Positions 26,690 to 35,471 of a DNA stretch of 64,000 bases are shown here, piece after piece. Below the pieces are notes generated by a model. That model searched no databases. It worked only from the letters and a program-made list of their open reading frames with translations, and was not told where the DNA came from. Position numbers and translations under genes: made by a program. Source of the DNA: a virus. The stretch lies in the IMG/VR virus record IMGVR_UViG_3300035704_000001, positions 1 to 64,000 of that record. One strand, written 5' to 3'. Each line of letters begins with the position of its first letter. Within the stretch, counting starts at the first letter, position 1.

Positions 26690-28036
26690 ATGACAGACAC
26701 CATCGTCGCCCCGGTCAGCGTTAACGACGCGTTTGCCACGGAGCGCATGGCGCAGGTCGGCCGGGTCGAGCGGCTGATGAGCGAAGAAGGCCAGGCCGAG
26801 TACATGGCCGAGCAGGTCAAGAACTTCGACGCCCGCGTGGCGGCCGGCGAGCTGGTCAAGCTGGGCGACGGCCGGTACCAGAGCACGGGCGGCTGGGACC
26901 GCGGCGAGATCTGGACCGTGCGCAGCGTCAACGGGCAGTCCCTGGTCCTGCCGCAGCACGGCCTGGACATCAGCGAGACCACCGGCAAGGCCCGTCTCTA
27001 CAGCGCGGTACCCGCGTGGCACGGCCTGGGCCAGGTCATCCCCGGCGGCATCACCTCCATTGATGACGTGATCAGGATCGGTCAGCTGAACGTGCCGGCC
27101 GTCTCCGTCCCGGTCCCCGACTACACCGTGCCCGGCCTGCTGGACTCCGAAGGCCGTCCGCGCGCCTTCAAGGCCCCCGGCCAGTTCATCATCAGCAACG
27201 GCGACACCGGCGAGTTCTGGGGCGTGGTGGGCAAGGTCCACAAGAACATCGACGTGCGCGTCTCGTTCGAGTTCGTGGAGAAGCTGCTGGGCCAGCTGGG
27301 CATCACCTGGGAGTCGGCCGGCCTCATGGGCGGCGGCCGTCAGGTCTTCATCTCCTGCAAGGTCCCGGCGGGGGTCATCGTCGATGCCGGCGGCCTGGAC
27401 GAGCGCACCGAGCTGTTCATCATCATCCAGGACACCCGCGACGGGTCCGGGTCCTACCGGGTCATGATCAGCCCGTGGCGCCCGCTGTGCCAGAACACGA
27501 ACCGCTTTGCTCTCCGCGACGCGGTGTCAGTGATCACCCTGCGGCACACGGTCGGCCTGCCCGGCCAGCTGGAGAAGGTCCGCAGGGTGCTCGGCCTGAC
27601 CGTCAAGTACGCCGACGCGTTCGCGGCCGAGGAGACCCTGCTGGCCCGGACCAAGACCACCATGGCCGAATTCGAGCTGCTGATGGCCGAGCTGTCCGCC
27701 GAGGGCAAGAAGGACACCGACAACTCCGGCCGCGTGTTCTCGGCCCGCAACCGCGATGATGAGGTCAGGCGCACCGAGCTGGCCAACAACCGCGCGGAGG
27801 ACGACCTCATGGCGCGGTTCGCGGTCGAGTCCGAGCGGGTGGGGCGCACCCTGTACGCCGCTGAGCAGGCCTACACGGGCCGCCTGGACTGGGGCAAGAC
27901 CCGCAAGGGCGAGACCCCGGCCGCGCGCTGGCAGGCCCGTATCGAGGCCAGCCTGGACGGTGCCGACGACCAGGCCAAGACCCGGGCGCACAGCAAGCTG
28001 ATGCAGCTGGCCGGAGGTGGCACCGAGCGCAGCTAA
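26690..28036 (+). CDS. DUF932 family phage/plasmid protein
   Basis: PAWHGLG, ESAGLMGGGRQVF, DGSGS...PWRPLCQNT...LRHT. Confidence 0.85.
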   Translation: MTDTIVAPVSVNDAFATERMAQVGRVERLMSEEGQAEYMAEQVKNFDARVAAGELVKLGDGRYQSTGGWDRGEIWTVRSVNGQSLVLPQHGLDISETTGKARLYSAVPAWHGLGQVIPGGITSIDDVIRIGQLNVPAVSVPVPDYTVPGLLDSEGRPRAFKAPGQFIISNGDTGEFWGVVGKVHKNIDVRVSFEFVEKLLGQLGITWESAGLMGGGRQVFISCKVPAGVIVDAGGLDERTELFIIIQDTRDGSGSYRVMISPWRPLCQNTNRFALRDAVSVITLRHTVGLPGQLEKVRRVLGLTVKYADAFAAEETLLARTKTTMAEFELLMAELSAEGKKDTDNSGRVFSARNRDDEVRRTELANNRAEDDLMARFAVESERVGRTLYAAEQAYTGRLDWGKTRKGETPAARWQARIEASLDGADDQAKTRAHSKLMQLAGGGTERS

Positions 28037-28051
28037 GACCGTCAGGGCGGA

Positions 28052-28087
28052 GGGCCCGGGAGCTGGGAGACCAGCCCCGGGCCCTTT
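28052..28087 (+). terminator. hairpin terminator
   Basis: GGGCCCGGG..GCTGG/CCAGC..CCCGGGCCC then TTT. Confidence 0.65.
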
Positions 28088-28120
28088 GGCGTTCCTGGCA
28101 CAGCTGCCCCGCTGAGCCAC

Positions 28121-28149
28121 TTGACACGAGTCAGGTACTCCGGTATCGT
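28121..28149 (+). promoter_or_regulatory. class I promoter/operator
   Basis: TTGACACGAGTCAGGT; N17; TATCGT. Confidence 0.85.
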
Positions 28150-28189
28150 TAGTCCTGTAAGCAACCAGCCCCCAGGGAAGGCACAGACC

Positions 28190-28390
28190 ATGATCCGCAC
28201 CGACGCCGAGCGCACCTTCCAGCCGATCCACCGCACCCGCACGCACGACGGGGACGAGCGCGAAGTGCTGAGCAGCGACCACACCCGCCTGGACCACCGC
28301 GCCGGCGTGCGCACCGCTATCAAGGCCAGCGCGCAGCGCCGCGACCGCCGCGTCACCGCCGTGCAGCTGTCCCGCTACACCACCATCTGA
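28190..28390 (+). CDS. small basic hypothetical protein
   Basis: ATG after CAGGGAAGGCA. Confidence 0.7.
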   Translation: MIRTDAERTFQPIHRTRTHDGDEREVLSSDHTRLDHRAGVRTAIKASAQRRDRRVTAVQLSRYTTI

Positions 28391-28405
28391 GAGGCTGAGA
28401 GCAAC

Positions 28406-29485
28406 ATGAGCGACACGAACGGGACCCCGGCCACCTGGCACGGGGTCCCCCGGCCCGAGGGCCTGGACGAGGCCCTGAGCCACGCACGCGGGCAGCTTTC
28501 CGCGGACGAGGCTGAGGACTACACCGACGAGGACGCGGCCGACTTCCGCGCCGGCCCGTGCGCGGTCTGCGGTGACACCACGGTGTGCGCTAGCCAGGCC
28601 GGGGAGCGGCTGTGCCCCGAGCACGGGGCCGAGGACGTCCGGCTGGGCTGCCCGCCACAGTGGGACGAGGACGCGCCCCAGTGGGCTATCCAGGGCCAGC
28701 CAGGGCCCGACGGCACCGACCAGGGCCAGGCACGCGAGGACGCGTCCGTGGCACGCTGGGAGGCCCGCCAGGAGGACGCCGCGCAGGCTGTGCGCAGGTG
28801 CGCCTACTGCGGCCACCTGGGCGACCTGGAGCCGGTCAACCCTGGTACCGGCGTGGTGGCGTGCGTGAACGTCGCGCTGTGCGAGCTGCGCCGACTCGGC
28901 CTGGACCCGGTGCACCACCTGACGACCGTGGCCAGGGCACTGGCGAAGGACGTCAGCCGGCTGACCGAGGTCGAGCTGGCGCGGGTCATCCTGGCTCTCA
29001 AAGCCACCGTGCGCGCGGCCGAGGTCGAGCTAGGCAACAACCGCGACCGCGCCCGGGGAGACGCTGCGCTCGCGCAGGCGGCCGGGGAGCTGGCACCACG
29101 GCGGCCGACGGGCCCGGCCGAGTCTGTGGCGTGCCGCAGCTGCGGCACGCTGTGCACGGTAGACGAGCAGGGCACGCTAGTGGACCCGTCCGGCGGGGAC
29201 GTGTGCACCGAGCGCGGAGACGATCTCACGCACGTGCGCGGCGGTGACGACCCTGCCCCGGCCGGGCACGCCATGGCGTGCTGCACATCGGCTATCGGCC
29301 CGGTCTGCCGTCACCGGACAACCCCCGTGGCCGACGCGCTGCAAGAGGTCAACTACTGGCAAGCCCAGCGGGTGGTAATCAGCCACCCGTCCGGGGAGGG
29401 CGAGCTGCCCGCGCTGCGGAAGCTGGCCGACGCGGTGCGCTCGCACGGGATCGGCGCGGACCTGCCCGCCAGGCGGGGAGACTGA
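28406..29485 (+). CDS. multi-CxxC hypothetical protein
   Basis: CAVCG, CAYCG, CRSCG. Confidence 0.75.
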   Translation: MSDTNGTPATWHGVPRPEGLDEALSHARGQLSADEAEDYTDEDAADFRAGPCAVCGDTTVCASQAGERLCPEHGAEDVRLGCPPQWDEDAPQWAIQGQPGPDGTDQGQAREDASVARWEARQEDAAQAVRRCAYCGHLGDLEPVNPGTGVVACVNVALCELRRLGLDPVHHLTTVARALAKDVSRLTEVELARVILALKATVRAAEVELGNNRDRARGDAALAQAAGELAPRRPTGPAESVACRSCGTLCTVDEQGTLVDPSGGDVCTERGDDLTHVRGGDDPAPAGHAMACCTSAIGPVCRHRTTPVADALQEVNYWQAQRVVISHPSGEGELPALRKLADAVRSHGIGADLPARRGD

Positions 29486-29498
29486 CCCGAGCGTACGA

Positions 29499-29548
29499 AA
29501 ACGAGCCAGTCAGCTGCGGGTCACAGCCTGTAGCTGACTGGCTCGTTT
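29499..29548 (+). terminator. long hairpin terminator
   Basis: 22-bp stem AAACGAGCCAGTCAGCTGCGGG / CCTGTAGCTGACTGGCTCGTTT. Confidence 0.75.
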
Positions 29549-29598
29549 AATGAAAGATGAAACACCTAGATTCTCGGCACAGCTGGCCCGCTGCCCTA

Positions 29599-29627
29599 TT
29601 GACACGAGTCAGGTACTCGCATAGTCT
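29599..29627 (+). promoter_or_regulatory. class I promoter/operator (leaderless transcript)
   Basis: TTGACACGAGTCAGGT; N17; TAGTCT; ATG at 29634, the expected +1. Confidence 0.85.
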
Positions 29628-29633
29628 AGGGAC

Positions 29634-29861
29634 ATGACCGCAACCGAGCAGCAGGCAGGGCAGGCGCCGCTCAATCACAACCGCGCGTACCTGGCCCTGA
29701 CGAACATCGACCCGTTTACCCGTCTCCCGCTGATGACCTCCGCCGGCGCGTACTCGGCCCTTCACACCGCCGAGGTTCACGGCCGGTTCTACGGCACCGG
29801 CCGCCAGGGCCAGCCGGTCACCGTGACCAGCAATGACGGCGTGTTCTTTCAGATCAGCTGA
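29634..29861 (+). CDS. hypothetical protein
   Basis: leaderless start at predicted +1. Confidence 0.7.
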   Translation: MTATEQQAGQAPLNHNRAYLALTNIDPFTRLPLMTSAGAYSALHTAEVHGRFYGTGRQGQPVTVTSNDGVFFQIS

Positions 29862-29921
29862 CCACCTCGGCCCGGGGCACCCGCCCCGGGCCACCGTCCG
29901 ACAGGGAAGGCACCACCGAAG

Positions 29922-30359
29922 ATGATCACCGAGAGCACCACTCCGAGCGTCGCGGACGCGCTGGCCGCAGCCGATCGCGTGCATGCGCACAATGCCGCGT
30001 GGGGCAGCCGCAACAACGCCGGCGAGCTGGCCGCGCTGCGCGACCTGGCCGACGCGGTACGCGGCGCGCAGGCCGGCCCGGGCCCGTCTGTCACCGCTCC
30101 GCCCGTGCCCGGCGTATCCCAGGTGGGCGGGTACCTCGCCCGCGCCATCGTGACCACGGCCGGCCGGGACTCTGCCTGGTTCGTCGCGGCCGAATGGGTG
30201 ACCGGGGGCCGGTTCGCCGGGCGCTGGTCTACCTGGCGCGTTGAGGCCTCGCCGGGGGGCACTCTTGGCTGGTCCGAGCCGAGATTCTTCGCGGACAGCG
30301 CGGACAACCGCGCTAGCGCGCTGCGCGACCTGGCCGAGCGGTCAGCAATCGCACCCTGA
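29922..30359 (+). CDS. hypothetical protein
   Basis: after CAGGGAAGGCA. Confidence 0.75.
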   Translation: MITESTTPSVADALAAADRVHAHNAAWGSRNNAGELAALRDLADAVRGAQAGPGPSVTAPPVPGVSQVGGYLARAIVTTAGRDSAWFVAAEWVTGGRFAGRWSTWRVEASPGGTLGWSEPRFFADSADNRASALRDLAERSAIAP

Positions 30360-30384
30360 CCAGCTGACACGGCTACCCGGGCGC

Positions 30385-30413
30385 TTGACTTGAGTCAGGT
30401 ACCCGGGTAAGCT
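30385..30413 (+). promoter_or_regulatory. class I promoter/operator
   Basis: TTGACTTGAGTCAGGT; N17; TAAGCT. Confidence 0.85.
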
Positions 30414-30452
30414 TGTGCTGTACGCATCACCGACTAACAGGGCAGGCATCAC

Positions 30453-30551
30453 ATGATCTCCATCCTGAGCAACCCGGCAACCTGGGTCGCGCTCACGCTG
30501 GCCGCGCTGAGGACCATGCGCGCCGTGGACAAGTACCGGAGCGGCAGGTAA
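30453..30551 (+). CDS. 32-aa membrane peptide
   Basis: ATG after CAGGGCAGGCA; TAATG coupling to next gene. Confidence 0.65.
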   Translation: MISILSNPATWVALTLAALRTMRAVDKYRSGR

Positions 30552-30787
30552 TGCGCGAGCACCTGGCCGGCCTGGCCTCGTTCTGGTGGGCCGTCGCCAA
30601 ATGGCAGGCCCGCGAGCTGTGGGACTCTCTGCCCGGCCCGTGGCCGGTCAAGATCCTCATTCTGATCATCACCCAGATAGCCATCCCCGGCCCGCTAGAT
30701 GACGTGGTGCTGATAGCGGCCGTGGCCGCATGGCGGAAGTACCGCACGCGCCGCGCTGCGCGCCTGGCCGCCGGGGCTGCGCTGTGA
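30551..30787 (+). CDS. small membrane protein (DUF1232/YkvA-like motif)
   Basis: hydrophobic segment with IPGPLDDVVLI. Confidence 0.6.
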   Translation: MREHLAGLASFWWAVAKWQARELWDSLPGPWPVKILILIITQIAIPGPLDDVVLIAAVAAWRKYRTRRAARLAAGAAL

Positions 30788-32142
30788 GCGCCCCGTTCGC
30801 CGCCGTCGGCCAGGCCGACGACCTGGATACGGACTGGTCCGAATGGGAGGACGAGCTGGCCGCGGTCAGCTACTCCCGCATACCGACGATCCTGCGCCGG
30901 TGGCTGTGGCCCGGCGTGCTGCCGATCGGCAACCCTGCGCTGTTCGCCGGCGGCGGTTCCGTCGGCAAGGGAGTGCTGTTCGCCCTGGTGGCCGCGCACG
31001 TGGTGCTGGGCATCCCGTTCCCCGGCACCGCGCAGTATGCCGAGCTGGAACGGTGGCGCGAGTCAGGCGCCGATGCGCCCATGCCCGAGCTGGCCGGCCC
31101 CGGCCGCGTGATCTGGATAGCGGGCATGGAGGACGACCAGTTCGAGGACCTGGCCCCGCGCCTGCGCGCGGCTATCCGCTACCTGGCGCAGCTGTACCGG
31201 CTGCCAGCTGAGCAGGCCGACGACACGCGCGGCGCTATCCGGTTCGTGCATGACCTCAGTGAGTGGCCGGACGGTTCGGCGTTCGCCCTGCCCGTGGACT
31301 GTGACCGGCTGGCCGCCACGGTCAGGTCACTGGACACCGAGCTGACAGCGGACAACCGCCGCCGTGACCCTGAGGACCCGGACGCGCCGCCCCCCGGGCC
31401 GCCCGTGCGCCTGGTCATCATGGACCCGCTGTCCGAGCTGCTGAGCGACGAGCCGGCCCCGTCGGGCCCGGGAGGCACCCGCCAGCGGTACACCATCGAC
31501 TCCCGCCAGGGCGCGCGGCGGACGCTGCGCCCGGTCAAGGCGATGGCCCGCAAGCTGGATATCAGCGTCGTGATCATCCATCACCTGACCCAGGACGGGA
31601 AGGTGGCCGGCTCTCCGGCTGTACTCGACTGCCTGCGCCTGGCGTTCGTCATCACCCGGCGCAAGGACGACCCGAGCGCGCGGGTGATCACGCAGCACAA
31701 GTCCAATATCAGCGATACGCCGCCGCAGCAGTACACGACGGCCTGCGCCTACCCGGACACGCACGCCGCGTGGATCGCCGCAGCGGACGAGCGGGCCGAG
31801 CGGGTCAGGGCCGCGAGCGCCCGGCCAGCTCCCGATCAGGGCAGCCTGCGCGACCGCGTGCGGGCCGCTGCGGGACAGCGGGAGCCGATCGCGGCCGAGG
31901 ACGTGGCCGAGGTCCCCCCGGGCCCGTACGGCCTTATCAAGCGCGCGGGGGACGGGCCGGCCGAGATCATCGGACGCGGCTATGAGGACCAGGCCGGTGC
32001 GCGGGCAGCTGCGGCCACCGACGCGGGGACGGCTGAGCTGTCCTGGCACCCGGGCGACGCGCCCGGCATCGCGGTCTGCGCGCTGCGGATGCCCACGGGG
32101 GAGCCGCGCGGATACTCCGTGTTCCCCGTCCGCCGGCCGTAG
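30784..32142 (+). CDS. AAA_25/RepA-like RecA-fold ATPase
   Basis: RWLWPGVLP, Walker A GGGSVGKG, LVIMDPL, VVIIHH. Confidence 0.85.
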   Translation: MSAPFAAVGQADDLDTDWSEWEDELAAVSYSRIPTILRRWLWPGVLPIGNPALFAGGGSVGKGVLFALVAAHVVLGIPFPGTAQYAELERWRESGADAPMPELAGPGRVIWIAGMEDDQFEDLAPRLRAAIRYLAQLYRLPAEQADDTRGAIRFVHDLSEWPDGSAFALPVDCDRLAATVRSLDTELTADNRRRDPEDPDAPPPGPPVRLVIMDPLSELLSDEPAPSGPGGTRQRYTIDSRQGARRTLRPVKAMARKLDISVVIIHHLTQDGKVAGSPAVLDCLRLAFVITRRKDDPSARVITQHKSNISDTPPQQYTTACAYPDTHAAWIAAADERAERVRAASARPAPDQGSLRDRVRAAAGQREPIAAEDVAEVPPGPYGLIKRAGDGPAEIIGRGYEDQAGARAAAATDAGTAELSWHPGDAPGIAVCALRMPTGEPRGYSVFPVRRP

Positions 32143-32195
32143 TAACGGGTAGGCCCGCTGCGCGACTTCCCCCGCGCAGCGGGCCCGCTGCGCGG

Positions 32196-32224
32196 TTGAC
32201 TCAAGTCAGGTAGTCGCATAGGCT
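32196..32224 (+). promoter_or_regulatory. class I promoter/operator
   Basis: TTGACTCAAGTCAGGT; N17; TAGGCT; 24-bp palindrome 32172-32195 directly upstream. Confidence 0.85.
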
Positions 32225-32265
32225 GGCCATGCAAGCAACCGAGGGACACAGGGAAGGCACCACCG

Positions 32266-32736
32266 ATGTCTAGCTACCGCACCGCACGCCGGACGTACCC
32301 AGCTAAGAACGCGCGCCCGGCCGGCCCGCGCGCTAACAAGTTCGCCGGCGACTGCGCCAGCTGCGGCCAGAACGTCCCCGCGAACGCGGGCATACTCACC
32401 GGCCGCCCCGGCGCCTGGACCATCGCGCACGCTCCGCGCCGCTGGGTAGGCGTGCCATGCGGCGGGGACATGATCGGCAAGCCCGGCATGGGCCGCTGGG
32501 TCGGCGGGTGCCCGGATAAGGCGAGCACCGACGCGGCCGAGGTCCCGGCCGAGGACGCGGCCCCGGTCGACCTGGTCTGGTGCGAGGCCGACAGCCACCC
32601 GGATACCCCGCACGCGCGGGAGTCGAGCTGTGAGCGCCCGGACGCGGTAGTCCCGGGGGACGAGTGGACCAGCTACCGCCAGCGGTGCGAGGACGCCCCG
32701 TGCTGCGGTCACCCGCGCTGCGGGTACACCGGCTAG
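32266..32736 (+). CDS. Cys-rich hypothetical protein
   Basis: NKFAGDCASCG; C-terminal RCEDAPCCG. Confidence 0.75.
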   Translation: MSSYRTARRTYPAKNARPAGPRANKFAGDCASCGQNVPANAGILTGRPGAWTIAHAPRRWVGVPCGGDMIGKPGMGRWVGGCPDKASTDAAEVPAEDAAPVDLVWCEADSHPDTPHARESSCERPDAVVPGDEWTSYRQRCEDAPCCGHPRCGYTG

Positions 32737-32794
32737 CCAGCTGCGAACGGCTAGGCCGCGTGCCCCATAACGGCACAGCGGCCTAGCTGTGCTG

Positions 32795-32823
32795 TTGACA
32801 CAAGTCAGGTGACCGCATAAGCT
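32795..32823 (+). promoter_or_regulatory. class I promoter/operator
   Basis: TTGACACAAGTCAGGT; N17; TAAGCT. Confidence 0.85.
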
Positions 32824-32858
32824 GGAGTCTCAACCACCTACCGCAGGGAAGGCACCAC

Positions 32859-33419
32859 ATGCCGAGCACCACCGCAACCGCCACGGTTGACGAGATCATC
32901 ACGGCCATCACGCACGCCGCGACCATGGCCGACGCGGCCGAGATCATGCGCACCGTGCCCGGGGCCATGGTCCGCACCGTGGCAGACCAGCTGCACATTG
33001 AGGCCGACGGCCACGGGCTGCCATGGCTGCGCCGGGCAGCTGTCCAGGAGGCACGCGCGGGCATGGCCGAGGTACCGGCCGAGGGCCGGCCCGCTACCGA
33101 CGCGCTGGCCGCGAGCACCTGCCCGGCCGAGTGGGGCCCCGCGCACAAGTGGCTGGTCATGGCCAGCTGCCACGGGCCCGCGAGCCCCTACGGCTGCCAG
33201 CACTGCCCGGCCACGGCCACGGGCGCCATGCTGGGCATCCCGTCTGAGGACGAGATGAGGGCAGCTGTCACGATCGCGGGCCGCGAGGATTACGAGCGCG
33301 CATGCGCGGCCGGCGGGAGCTGGATGCCCGGCCGGACCATCCCCAGCACTGTCCGCACCGCGAGCGCGGCAGAGACCCCGGGCAGCATCGCCAGCACGTG
33401 CGCCATGGGATGGAGCTAG
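32859..33419 (+). CDS. hypothetical protein
   Basis: ATG after CAGGGAAGGCA. Confidence 0.75.
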   Translation: MPSTTATATVDEIITAITHAATMADAAEIMRTVPGAMVRTVADQLHIEADGHGLPWLRRAAVQEARAGMAEVPAEGRPATDALAASTCPAEWGPAHKWLVMASCHGPASPYGCQHCPATATGAMLGIPSEDEMRAAVTIAGREDYERACAAGGSWMPGRTIPSTVRTASAAETPGSIASTCAMGWS

Positions 33420-33445
33420 CTGAGCAAGAGCCAAGGGACCTCATG

Positions 33446-33480
33446 AGGGCCCGTGTACCTTCCCCGGGTACACGGGCCCT
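33446..33480 (+). terminator. hairpin terminator
   Basis: AGGGCCCGTGTACC / GGTACACGGGCCCT 14-bp stem. Confidence 0.7.
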
Positions 33481-33889
33481 TCCGCGTGCCACGGTAGCGC
33501 GTGCGAGCTGTCCAGGGGAGCGGACACGCGGTGATGGGCCCGGGCCAGCTGCGCAGGCCACGGGGCACGCCGGGAGCTGGCCGGGCAGTGATGAGGGATC
33601 ATGGCGGCCCGGGGGTGATAGCCCGCGCACCGCTCCGGCCGCCTGGAACAGTCGGGAGGGCAGCTCCGGGGCAGCTGGCCAGCTGCCCGGGGGCAGGCAT
33701 GGCCGGGCACGCGGGAGGGTACCGGGCACGATGGGCCGGCCGCTGGCACAGCTGGCCGGCCCGCCAGCTGTACGGGGCACCGGGGACGGGGCTGAGCGCC
33801 GCGGAGCGGCCCGGGGCAGGCCAGGACACGCGGCACAGCGCGCCGGGCCGCCCAGCGGCCCGCACAGCAGCGCGCAGCGGGCATGCGGA

Positions 33890-33918
33890 AGGGCCCGCCC
33901 CCGTGGGGAGCGGGCCCT
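33890..33918 (-). terminator. hairpin terminator of leftward unit
   Basis: AGGGCCCGC / GCGGGCCCT just past stop of 33932 gene. Confidence 0.6.
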
Positions 33919-33931
33919 AGGCCTAGCCTGG

Positions 33932-34195
33932 CTAGTCGAGCAGGTACCCGTGGCTGTCCGGGTCGGCATAGGCGGCCGGCCCTGCTATGCGCATGACCTC
34001 CGCGCCGTAGGGGTCGGACTCGCCGCTGTCCGTGGGCACGTCCACCGTGACCAGCTGGTCACGGCCGAACGTGCGGTGCGAGGACGGGCCCCAGAACGTG
34101 ACGCGCGGGCCGCTGTGGCGTACCCGGTAGATCTGGCCGACGCCGGCCATGGACATTCCGCAGGTGACGTTGCGTGCGAGGTGCGTGGCTTCCAA
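33932..34195 (-). CDS. hypothetical protein
   Basis: TTG start after minus-strand CAGGGAAGGCA (34201-34211). Confidence 0.7.
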   Translation of the reverse strand: MEATHLARNVTCGMSMAGVGQIYRVRHSGPRVTFWGPSSHRTFGRDQLVTVDVPTDSGESDPYGAEVMRIAGPAAYADPDSHGYLLD

Positions 34196-34252
34196 TGCCT
34201 TGCCTTCCCTGGTAACCAGGGCCCGCCCACCCGGGCGGGCCCGTTCGTGCTG

Positions 34253-34432
34253 CTAAGCGCGTGCCTGCTCGGCTACGAGCCGGCGGAGGGTACGCGGGCC
34301 GGCGCTCTCCCCCGTGTAGAGAAGATCGGCCGCGGCCCGTACCGCGCCGATCGGCGCAGCCGATGCTATGGCCAGCGCAGCGCTGGCCGAGTCCGCCTGC
34401 ACAAGCCGCGTGATGAGCGTGTCGCCTGACAT
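34253..34432 (-). CDS. 59-aa protein, paralog of N-terminus of 32859 gene
   Basis: ATG after minus-strand CAGGGCAGGCA; MSGDTLITRLVQA...LRRLVAEQARA; missing from ORF track. Confidence 0.75.
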   Translation of the reverse strand: MSGDTLITRLVQADSASAALAIASAAPIGAVRAAADLLYTGESAGPRTLRRLVAEQARA

Positions 34433-34480
34433 GGTGCCTGCCCTGTCTCCCCGCTAGGCCCCGTTGGCCTAGCAAGGCCA

Positions 34481-34509
34481 ACGCTAGTCGCCTACCTGAC
34501 TCAAGTCAA
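34481..34509 (-). promoter_or_regulatory. class I promoter/operator (leftward)
   Basis: minus strand TTGACTTGAGTCAGGT; N17; TAGCGT. Confidence 0.85.
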
Positions 34510-34577
34510 TACCTAAGGCCCTACCTGGCAGTGACACTAGTCTCACCTTTCTTTCCTGGCCAGACTGCCCATAGCAC

Positions 34578-34606
34578 TTGACTTGTGTCAGGTAGGCGAC
34601 TAGGCT
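34578..34606 (+). promoter_or_regulatory. class I promoter/operator (rightward, divergent pair)
   Basis: TTGACTTGTGTCAGGT; N17; TAGGCT. Confidence 0.85.
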
Positions 34607-34655
34607 TGCCGTTGTACGGCAAGCCACACACGCTCACTCCAGGGAAGGCACCACA

Positions 34656-34901
34656 ATGACGACACGCACCGCAGTCAAGGCCACCGCTGGCAAGACCACT
34701 GCCCACGTGCACGCGGTACAGCTAGATGACAGTCACAAGACGACGCTGTTCATGTGGCGCCTGCTCTCCATCGGCCTGGCCATCGTGCTCTCCGTCGCGA
34801 TGAAGCGCTATGAGGAGTCCGGCCTCATAGCGCTGTTCGGAGAGCACCTAGGCGAGGTAGTGGAGTACGTAGGCGAGTGGTTCGGCCGGCTTGACCTCTA
34901 G
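34656..34901 (+). CDS. small membrane protein
   Basis: leader motif; one TM; hairpin 34915-34940 after stop. Confidence 0.75.
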   Translation: MTTRTAVKATAGKTTAHVHAVQLDDSHKTTLFMWRLLSIGLAIVLSVAMKRYEESGLIALFGEHLGEVVEYVGEWFGRLDL

Positions 34902-35151
34902 GCCGCACGCTCACGGGCCCGCACCGCATGGTGCGGGCCCTTAGGCATGCCTGCCCGTGGCAGGCACGCACAGCGCACCACAGCGCGCGGCGCGGCCATC
35001 GCTGGCCGCGCGGCCAGCCCCCCCGAAGGACATCCGGCCCCGGGCGCCGCCGGCCAGGTCCCGTCGCCGACACATCGGGAGTCCCGTTCCGCGGCCCGTA
35101 AACCGGCCGCGTAGGGTGTGTCCCGCCCGCGGCCAGGCAGAATATATATCC

Positions 35152-35313
35152 ATGGGGCCCACCCGGGACGCGCTGGAGAAGATCATCCGCGAGCACGAGG
35201 CGGCGCTGGCGGAGGGCCAGTGCGAGCCTGTCGAGACGGACCTGGCGGGGATAATTTCCGGCCGGAGTCCCGTTCCGCCGGATGTTCTTAAAAACCCCCG
35301 CCGGCGGGGGTAA
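35152..35313 (+). CDS. possible small protein (53 aa)
   Basis: MGPTRDALEKIIREHEAALAEG...; AT-rich tract before ATG. Confidence 0.4.
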   Translation: MGPTRDALEKIIREHEAALAEGQCEPVETDLAGIISGRSPVPPDVLKNPRRRG

Positions 35314-35471
35314 AGATTTTCCTGCCAGATCTCGGTCCGGACACAGGATGCTCGTTCCCCCGCGCCGCCCGGGCCCGGAGTATATATTCGCCGGGACCCG
35401 CGGTTTCCGGGTCGTGCTGCCGATTGGGCCGCTCGCGCGGGTCCGCCCCGCGCTCACCTAAGGAGAAACAC

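Noticed and set aside
33302-34429. 375-aa plus-strand ORF
   Set aside because: Low complexity; crosses two terminators and lies antisense to two genes with clear promoter and leader signals
1338-34606. CRISPR array or integron attC reading of the repeated 16-mer
   Set aside because: Copies are 0.1-4 kb apart with whole genes between them, coincide with -35/-10 boxes, and no cas or integrase gene is present
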